Below are positions 50,280 through 57,273 of a stretch of DNA of 57,273 nucleotides, one piece after another. The stretch is from an uncultured virus (IMG/VR IMGVR_UViG_3300025032_000461) (Duplodnaviria > Heunggongvirae > Uroviricota > Caudoviricetes): the IMG/VR virus record IMGVR_UViG_3300025032_000461. One strand, given 5' to 3'. Within the stretch, counting starts at the first letter, position 1. Every line of letters starts with the position of its first letter. Made by a program: the position numbers and the translations under genes. The notes below the pieces were generated by a model that searched no databases, was not told the DNA's origin, and saw only the letters and a program-made list of their open reading frames with translations.

Positions 50280-50705
50280 ATGAAAATACTAAATAATAAA
50301 ATTGTTAAAGTCGAAAAAATACAAAAAGAAATTGAGGTTTTGCCAAGGGAAAGCCCTCGAAGATATCAAACTGTAGAAGCGAACAAATATACAGCTTCTA
50401 TTTGCGCCTCTGGTTCTTCTGAATTTATTTATTACAAGAAATTAATGGATCAGGCACTTCAAGAAAACTCATTAAATCCAAAAGATTTTAATTCAGAACA
50501 CATACTTTACGCAAGTGCATTCACTTATCAATTAATTAGTGAAGATTGGGAGTTTATAGGAGTTTGTGCAGACATGTGGATGAGCATTCAATTAAATTCA
50601 ACTGAAAGTGAAGATATCATGATTATTGAATGTGATTCTATGGAACATGGTTTATTCGCGGCATTTTTAATTGCCAAAGAATTGAGAATAAATAATGGTT
50701 TTTAG
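50280..50705 (+). CDS. Hypothetical protein
   Basis: TTGACA promoter and AGGA RBS. Confidence 0.7.
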   Translation: MKILNNKIVKVEKIQKEIEVLPRESPRRYQTVEANKYTASICASGSSEFIYYKKLMDQALQENSLNPKDFNSEHILYASAFTYQLISEDWEFIGVCADMWMSIQLNSTESEDIMIIECDSMEHGLFAAFLIAKELRINNGF

Positions 50706-50764
50706 ATTGTATCTCTATTAATTTTTATCATTCTTTCATAGTTATATAATTAAAAAATATAAAA

Positions 50765-51354
50765 TTAATCTTTATACAAAACATAACCAAGAATATAAAT
50801 CTCGGAATTATATCCAGTATTCATACTACTTGTTGACTCGGAATGAACACTAGCTAAACCTGCATTGTTAGAGAATGATATATATGATTGCCAAACACCA
50901 TTTACATATGGTGTTATCAAATTACACTTTGTACTATATATATATCAATACTCTGATCATGTTTATTTACTGCTTCACGATTATCAAAAAGAATACGATA
51001 TTCAGAAGAAGTGACCCAATGAAAACCTTCTGGGATCGGTAAACTATAATTTTTATTCGTATTGTTAGTGCGAACATAATAAATATTTGGGTTAAAATTT
51101 GCCTGATTAACACCGTTACAAGAGTCTTGGCCTCTCAATACCCATTGCACTGAATCAAACGGATTATAACAGATATTACTTACATTATTTAGCACTTCTG
51201 GTGACTCGCAAGTTACTAATTCTGGTTTAGTTTGAATTTGCACTGAATCCTTATAGGATAGGTCATTAATTATCACCTTGTATTCCGCAGACTTCACGCC
51301 TAAACTCATTAATGATAACAACAATAATGATATTATTTTATTTTTCATAATCAA
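50765..51354 (-). pseudogene. Secreted protein frameshifted at an (AT)n tract (possibly phase-variable)
   Basis: ORF 50917-51354 has a signal peptide. Removing one AT from the 11-nt AT tract at 50935-50945 extends it in frame (…IDIYSTKCNLITPYVNGVWQ…GYVLYKD*) to the stop at 50765. Confidence 0.75.
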
Positions 51355-51471
51355 CCTTTTTTTATTTTATAATAACATATATATATACTATTATAAGTAG
51401 ATGTCAAATTAACATTGAAGTATAGTAAAAAAATGATAACCTTGTAATTATTACAACTTAAAGGATATTAA

Positions 51472-52257
51472 ATGAATACTTGTTTAGGAAAAATAATTCG
51501 TCAAAGAATTAATATATTTAATAAAAACTACATATTAAACAAAGAAGATATTGAAAGTGATATCTCAATATCTGGAAAAATAGAGCACACAAGTCATCAT
51601 TTATTTTACATAATAAATCAGTTGAAAGGTAAATTAAATTTAATAATGTTTATGGACGAAAAAATATTACAAGAATATTTAAAAACATTAAAAGATTCTG
51701 AAAGAAGAAGTATATCCATAAGAAATCTATCTAGTGACTCAAGATTACTCACTAACTACACATTAGATAAAAATAATACTATTATTTTCTTAATGGATAA
51801 ACCCTATCAAAATATAGAACTTTTAGAGAAAATTCATAACATTTACAATTTAATACCTATTAAACACCTAAAAATAGTAATAATCAACAACAATATTAAT
51901 ATTGGTAGAGCCATTTATATAAATATAGAGAAATATAAAAAAATCAACCATTCAAAAAACATTAGCTTATTTTGCCTAAGTAACGAACTTAAACATTCAT
52001 TAAAAACAAACATTAATATAATACATGCACATTACGATCCAAATTACTCTGAGGTTAAGTTTCGTAATTTATTTCAAGATAAATACAGCCATATAATCAG
52101 GAACATTAAAACATTAAGTAATGAAGATTTTTTTATAATTAAAAATATAGGTGCAGAGCTTCATTTTTGCAAATACAATTACGTTCAAAATAATGAATGC
52201 ATAAATATTAAAGATTACTTCAATAATGAGATATCGATTAAATTAAGATATTTTTAA
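51472..52257 (+). CDS. Hypothetical protein (possibly degenerate 3' end)
   Basis: AAGGA RBS; 261 aa. Confidence 0.6.
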   Translation: MNTCLGKIIRQRINIFNKNYILNKEDIESDISISGKIEHTSHHLFYIINQLKGKLNLIMFMDEKILQEYLKTLKDSERRSISIRNLSSDSRLLTNYTLDKNNTIIFLMDKPYQNIELLEKIHNIYNLIPIKHLKIVIINNNINIGRAIYINIEKYKKINHSKNISLFCLSNELKHSLKTNINIIHAHYDPNYSEVKFRNLFQDKYSHIIRNIKTLSNEDFFIIKNIGAELHFCKYNYVQNNECINIKDYFNNEISIKLRYF

Positions 52258-52386
52258 TTATAATAAACCTAACTTAGATGAATTAGTCATAAATTATATC
52301 AATTAAAAGAAGAAGAACAAATTAATGAAAAATTGTTCGTTAAAGATAAATTTCTTCATCAATTAATAAGTTCTTTAAATTACAAA

Positions 52387-52950
52387 CTATTTATTAATAA
52401 ACTTATTTATTTCCACTGAAATTTCTTTTAATTTTCCAAACGATTCTTCAGTCCATAAGGTTATTTCCTTATTATCTTTGAACTCTAAAATTAAACTATA
52501 TAGTTCTTTATTTTCTGACTTTTCAACCTTCGCCCGTCTCAAACTCTTTATTTCTCTACTTTCTCTTAATTTCATAGTTTTTTTCATTAAATTACTTTGA
52601 TTGTCTTTTATTTTTATAAAATTTTCGTCAAATGCAACATTTTTTTTCTTAAAAAAATCAACCAAAATAATAGACATTATTCCAAACATACAGTTATAAA
52701 AAATTACAAAAAAAACCAATAAAATTAAATTCCTTATTTCTATAATATTTTTTGCATTATTAAAACCTTCTATGTTTATGAAAATGGTAAATATAGATAA
52801 AATAAAATATAAAAAAATCATTATCATCAACTTTTTGTTTGACAATCTATTTTCTTCTATAATTAACTTGCCTTGTTCCCTCTTTATTTCTATTTTCTTC
52901 ATTATCACAAAATTCCCTTCTTCACTATTTAGTTTTGTATTATTGACCAA
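52387..52950 (-). CDS. Hypothetical membrane protein
   Basis: Two TM helices; the start may be the internal ATG (MKKIEIK). Confidence 0.65.
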   Translation of the reverse strand: MVNNTKLNSEEGNFVIMKKIEIKREQGKLIIEENRLSNKKLMIMIFLYFILSIFTIFINIEGFNNAKNIIEIRNLILLVFFVIFYNCMFGIMSIILVDFFKKKNVAFDENFIKIKDNQSNLMKKTMKLRESREIKSLRRAKVEKSENKELYSLILEFKDNKEITLWTEESFGKLKEISVEINKFINK

Positions 52951-53033
52951 TACACCTTCTTACTTTAATATATAATACAACACTAGTCACATCTGTATTT
53001 TAGATATGAGTATCCAAATAAACTAATAAAAAA

Positions 53034-53681
53034 CTATTCTACTTCAGTATGTAAATATAATAAATCCTGAACTTTATTTATAATAAAATCAAGTTTTTCC
53101 TTTTGATTACCATTGCCACAATATTCAAGAACTCTTAAGTAAAAATCAATCGAATTTTCAAGATCATTGTATTCGCATTCTTGATTATTTTCACTGTATT
53201 TTTCTTCAAGATCAGTAAATTTATTTTGAAAAAAATCTTCAAGTTTCTCAAATTTTACATCTTTAAAAACTCCTTCTTCAACTTTTTTTCTGTATGGAAT
53301 AAGATCTAACAAACAAACATCATCGCATTGAGAACCAATAACAATAAAATTATTCATAATTTTATTACACTTATCTTTTTCAAAATAATCTATTTCTAAT
53401 GAAACAAGAAAAACACCATTTATTTCAACAGCATGTATTCCTTGATATCCATATTCTGATTTTAAGGTATCGTAATATTCTTCATTAATTTCACCAAGTA
53501 ATGAATGCAGCTCTTTTTCATCCCGACAAATAACAGAAGTTGCGTAATCACTTCCCAAAAAAAGATCTGCATCATCAAGTGACTCTGGTTGTTTCTCATC
53601 TTTTAAATAGAAAATATGATAATTATATTTTTTAGCCAAATTTTCAACTTCTGCATTAACTACAACGTGTTCAAATACCAT
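53034..53681 (-). CDS. Hypothetical acidic protein
   Basis: GAGG RBS; co-oriented with 53692. Confidence 0.7.
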   Translation of the reverse strand: MVFEHVVVNAEVENLAKKYNYHIFYLKDEKQPESLDDADLFLGSDYATSVICRDEKELHSLLGEINEEYYDTLKSEYGYQGIHAVEINGVFLVSLEIDYFEKDKCNKIMNNFIVIGSQCDDVCLLDLIPYRKKVEEGVFKDVKFEKLEDFFQNKFTDLEEKYSENNQECEYNDLENSIDFYLRVLEYCGNGNQKEKLDFIINKVQDLLYLHTEVE

Positions 53682-53691
53682 ATAAACCTCT

Positions 53692-54153
53692 TTATTTTTT
53701 CATTAATTCTTTTAAAAAATAATATTTAGCAGCCATCTTTCCTTTACTATACTTATTTTCTAAATAATATTCTTTTTCAACATATTCTTTATCATTAACA
53801 TATAATTCTTTCATTGATTTTTTTAATTCATTATATTGTAAATCTGTCAATATTGATTTAATAAAATCTACGAAATTCTCAATTAATTTTATTTTTTCCT
53901 GATTTATTTCTATATTTTTTACAGATAACACACTAGCTGGATTAGAATATTCATCAGAAAAAATGTCTTTACAATCTGCCTCACCTATAATATACCAATA
54001 AAAATCATTAAATGTATCTACCCATCCACAAGACTCACTACAATGTCTTGAACCCAAAAGCATATAACGCTCAATGAACTCACTTATATCTTTAATTTGT
54101 TTGTTTTTTAATTTTATTTTCCTATAATTATCTATATAGTCAGATCTTAACAT
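53692..54153 (-). CDS. Hypothetical protein
   Basis: GGGGAG RBS. Confidence 0.7.
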   Translation of the reverse strand: MLRSDYIDNYRKIKLKNKQIKDISEFIERYMLLGSRHCSESCGWVDTFNDFYWYIIGEADCKDIFSDEYSNPASVLSVKNIEINQEKIKLIENFVDFIKSILTDLQYNELKKSMKELYVNDKEYVEKEYYLENKYSKGKMAAKYYFLKELMKK

Positions 54154-54271
54154 TAATTCTCCCCTTATGTTTTTCCTAAACCAAACTAAAATTTATAACC
54201 TAATAATGAAGTATAGCAGGATTTTGCAGATTTGTACATTATTATTTGCCAACTCCAATAATAAAACTTAT

Positions 54272-55375
54272 TTAATTTTGTTGGAGTAATTGACTTTTCA
54301 TTATTTTAGAATAATAGTTTCCTAAAAAATATTGATCAAATGGAACATAATCATGATTTAAATGAAATAATGAATAATAAAGTATATCTAGCCTTAGATA
54401 TCCCTTATATATCTTTACTTCTTTATCTTTGATATTGATATTTTCTTGTTTTTTAGACTTTAACATTCTTAGACAAGTATAAATTAAGGAAAAATCATGC
54501 AAGATTCTTTTATATTTAATAATTTCAATCATTTCCTTATCTTTAGTTAACTCATAAATGAACTCTTCTGATATTAAATTCTCAAAATACAAACTTACTA
54601 CTTCACTTCTTTCTAATTTATCTATATCAATAATTAAGTCTTTAAATAAATCTTCGACTGCATGACCGAATTCATGTGCAAATGTAAAAATATCTTCTAA
54701 ATCCATATATTTTTCTTTTCTATATATTTTCGGTGTTATTACAGCTACTTTATTTTCAGAAGGAGAATAATAGCCTTCAGCTTCTTCCACTCTTTCTTTT
54801 GTTTTAAAATTTATATTTATTTTTTTGTTTGAATTTAATATTATTTCAAAAGAATCATTAGATAAGTCAGATACATTATATTTTATATTAAATTTAAATT
54901 TTTCCTCTAAATACTTAAAGTACTTTGTAATTGTCTTTTCTTTATCATAATATAAATTATTGCTTTTCATTAATTGCTTTATAAAATAAAAAATTTCATC
55001 TTCTTGATTGCTTTTAAATTTTGAAAATATTTCCTTATGTATCTTATTATTTTTTAATTTATTTTTCGCTTTTTTTAATTCTTTAATTAATAATTTTTTT
55101 TTATTTCTTAATTCCTCTTTTGAATAATTTTCTTTTATATTATTGTATCCAAAAATTTTTTTATTTTTTTCTATTTCATCTTTTAAATTACCAACAACAT
55201 CTTCATATATTTGTTTTTTTAATTCCTTATTTTTAAATGTGCAGAGAAAAATATTATAATAATCGATATTAAAATATATATTTTTATTTTTTTTGAAATA
55301 ATTTTCATTAAAATAATCTTTTAATTCATTATCTAAATAAACCATTTCTTCTTTTATTTTTTCCTGATTTAACAA
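54272..55375 (-). CDS. Zinc metallopeptidase, M3-like (gluzincin), reduced size
   Basis: FTFAHEFGHAV followed by SEVVSLYFENL (third ligand Glu). Confidence 0.7.
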   Translation of the reverse strand: MLNQEKIKEEMVYLDNELKDYFNENYFKKNKNIYFNIDYYNIFLCTFKNKELKKQIYEDVVGNLKDEIEKNKKIFGYNNIKENYSKEELRNKKKLLIKELKKAKNKLKNNKIHKEIFSKFKSNQEDEIFYFIKQLMKSNNLYYDKEKTITKYFKYLEEKFKFNIKYNVSDLSNDSFEIILNSNKKININFKTKERVEEAEGYYSPSENKVAVITPKIYRKEKYMDLEDIFTFAHEFGHAVEDLFKDLIIDIDKLERSEVVSLYFENLISEEFIYELTKDKEMIEIIKYKRILHDFSLIYTCLRMLKSKKQENINIKDKEVKIYKGYLRLDILYYSLFHLNHDYVPFDQYFLGNYYSKIMKSQLLQQN

Positions 55376-55387
55376 ATCTAGTTTCCT

Positions 55388-55909
55388 TTATTGTTTTATA
55401 AATTCGTAACCTTCATTTAGCTTGGCTTTTTTTTCTTCACCAGCAATACATTCTAGACAATAAAAAGTATCTTCTTCCGTGTTATGATTGTATACTACTT
55501 CGAGTGCTCCATCCATAACTATAAATTGACCGAAACAATAATGATTAAAATCAATTTTTGATTTTTCAAAATGTTCCTTAATTAAATTATAAATCTCTGG
55601 ATACTTTTCAGTGAAAATAATGCCTCTATATATTTCTTCTCTATCTTTATAGTGTTTTTGAAATACACATATTTCCTCTACAATATCAACTCTAAAATAT
55701 ATTGAACAGTATATTTCATTATATTTAACTTCGTTTATTTTTTTAGTGTAATAGGCGAAATATTGGTCATCTTCCATTACAAAGTGATCGAATTTAAAGT
55801 CATTTAAATTATAACCTCCTTCTTTTGCCTTAAGACTCATAGTATTGAATTGCTCATGGAAGTTTTTTTTAAAATATTCTTCTGGAAAAGATTTTGTTGT
55901 TTTTGTCAT
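55388..55909 (-). CDS. Hypothetical protein
   Basis: AAGGT RBS; 173 aa. Confidence 0.7.
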   Translation of the reverse strand: MTKTTKSFPEEYFKKNFHEQFNTMSLKAKEGGYNLNDFKFDHFVMEDDQYFAYYTKKINEVKYNEIYCSIYFRVDIVEEICVFQKHYKDREEIYRGIIFTEKYPEIYNLIKEHFEKSKIDFNHYCFGQFIVMDGALEVVYNHNTEEDTFYCLECIAGEEKKAKLNEGYEFIKQ

Positions 55910-55969
55910 CTTATTATACCTTTTTTATTTTTAATATAAAAATTATTATACCATATAAAAAATTCAAAG

Positions 55970-56145
55970 TCTATCGATATTGAGAAAGAGCACTCCGTAC
56001 ATAGCTGCGTAGCAGTTTGGGGGAGGTGAATTTCGCTTTCTTTTTGATAGCCTAATTTTGTTTTCTAACACTTATTGACTTCTTGCATAAAAAAGTGATA
56101 ATTGAAGTCAACTTTTAGGAAAACTATGGCATTACGTACTGAAAA
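55970..56145 (+). mobile_element. Truncated IS200/IS605-type left end (copy 1) with the first codons of tnpB
   Basis: ~176-bp near-identical copy of 57065-57242: hairpin, promoter, RBS and ATG GCA TTA CGT ACT GAA, after which homology is lost. Confidence 0.7.
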
Positions 56146-56204
56146 TTTAAAAAATACAATTTTTTTATGTGTATATAATGGTAGTACTTTTATTGGAGAA
56201 TAAA

Positions 56205-56504
56205 ATGAAAAGTTTTTTTTTGTTTATTGTAATTTCATTACAATTTGTTATATCATTATTATTATTTAAAAATATTTTTATTGAAAACTATCCATTTCAT
56301 AGTTTTTCTGGAATTTTCCTTTTATTAATATGGTGGATTTCTTTGGTTTCCAGCTTTTTTTTAGTAAAAAACAACAACAAATACAAAACCATTACCAAAG
56401 TCATATTTATTTGTTTTTATTTGTTTTCTATGTTTTTCATTTTGGCAGCATTAGAGCCAACAATAAGATATAGAAAAGATCATGATATTTTTATTAAATT
56501 ATAA
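56205..56504 (+). CDS. Small membrane protein (3 TM)
   Basis: GGAG RBS; hydrophobic. Confidence 0.65.
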   Translation: MKSFFLFIVISLQFVISLLLFKNIFIENYPFHSFSGIFLLLIWWISLVSSFFLVKNNNKYKTITKVIFICFYLFSMFFILAALEPTIRYRKDHDIFIKL

Positions 56505-56837
56505 TTATCCTCAAAACTTTTCAAAAACTAAACCTTCTAAATATTTACCATAATTACAATTTTTTAAGTTTAATTCTTTAATGAAATTTTTAACAATTTT
56601 TTTATCTAATAAATGTTTTTTATCAATTTTAATTTTAATAAAAAAAAGAAATTAAAAATAAAGAAAAAATAATTAAAAACTATATGAAAAAAATAATTTC
56701 GTTTTCTCCCTCTATATTAAAACAAAATCCTCATCATGATTACTTAATTCTTCAATGCTTTTTATAAATAATATTTACTTATATCCTGACTTACAACGCA
56801 ATATTTCATATAATATATAAAAATTGGAGAAGCCAAA

Positions 56838-57107
56838 ATGATTGAAAAAAAAATAAGTGTCGGTATGACCGCTACGCAAGGAAAAAAGAAATTAGTGATT
56901 GTGAGACTAGTTATTCCTAAAAACCCAAACAACGAAGATCATGGCACTGTTGAGGCTTGGATAAGCAATGACACTGATTATGGTGGAAACAATTGCGAAC
57001 ATTATTGTTATATTAACTATCATAAATTCTTAACCAATATGAAATTACCAGACAAACAAAATTTTCTATCGATATTGAGAAAGAGCACTCCTTCCATAGC
57101 TGCGTAG
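56838..57107 (+). CDS. Hypothetical protein whose 3' end is supplied by the IS left end
   Basis: GGAG RBS; the last ~13 codons (LSILRKSTPSIAA*) lie inside the repeat. Confidence 0.6.
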   Translation: MIEKKISVGMTATQGKKKLVIVRLVIPKNPNNEDHGTVEAWISNDTDYGGNNCEHYCYINYHKFLTNMKLPDKQNFLSILRKSTPSIAA

Positions 57108-57273
57108 CAGTTTGGGGGGAGGTGAATTTCGCTTTCTTTTTGGTAGCCCAATTTTGTTTTCTAATACTTATTGACTTCTTGCATAAAAAAAGTAATAATT
57201 GAAGTCTACTTTTAGGAAAACTATGGCATTACGTACTGAAAAAATATTAATTAAAAAAGGTCATTCGGATTAT
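57065..57273 (+). mobile_element. IS200/IS605-family (IS1341-like) element left end, running off the window
   Basis: Subterminal hairpin CACTCCTTCCATAGCTGC-GTA-GCAGTTTGGGGGGAGGTG, TTGACT...AATAAT promoter, AGGA RBS, ORF start at 57223. Confidence 0.65.
57223..57273 (+). CDS. tnpB: Probable TnpB N-terminus (partial)
   Basis: MALRTEKILIKKGHSDY resembles IS1341-type TnpB starts (M.L.E+H.IKK.H..Y); only 17 codons are visible. Confidence 0.5.
   Translation, partial: MALRTEKILIKKGHSDY

Noticed and set aside
52240..52420. Possible frameshifted continuation of ORF 51472
   Set aside because: It would need two frameshifts in AT-rich sequence, and no homolog is available to confirm it.
52387..55909. 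Co-oriented minus-strand block as a separately acquired island or defence operon
   Set aside because: It looks even more AT-rich, but no boundaries, integrase or recognisable defence domains are visible apart from the M3-like peptidase.

Overview
This is a very AT-rich, gene-dense window with no rRNA, tRNA, CRISPR array or recognisable virion genes. Most genes are monocistronic, with their own sigma70-like promoters and intrinsic terminators, and most are ORFans. It reads as the accessory region of a large mobile element; I infer a conjugative megaplasmid or jumbo phage of a Gammaproteobacterium, since CheY and GrxA are gamma-type. Recognisable genes: a 1664-aa Cys-rich secreted adhesin-like protein, divergent recQ and ssb (the SSB has a 9-aa x8 linker repeat), an M49 dipeptidyl peptidase III, a TM2 protein, a metallophosphoesterase, grxA, an orphan cheY, ankyrin and Sel1 proteins, an Mrr-like nuclease, a DUF3137-like/lemA pair and an M3-like peptidase. 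Most notable observations: (1) a tandem, mosaic array of five secreted RCC1/BLIP-II-like beta-propellers plus a sixth remnant, whose post-signal N-terminal motif is shared with other unrelated secreted proteins; (2) many unrelated cytoplasmic proteins, including ART-like, ParB-like, papain-like and three 'LGSxxWCIS' paralogs, that fall into three classes of shared C-terminal tails, suggesting export or translocation signals; (3) a stand-alone TnpB omegaRNA/right-end-like structured element that supplies the lemA stop codon, plus two copies of an IS200/IS605-type left end, one leading into a probable tnpB at the window edge; (4) a secreted-protein gene frameshifted at an (AT)n tract; (5) a leader-peptide/anti-RBS hairpin. 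All family calls come from motif recognition by eye, not from database searches.
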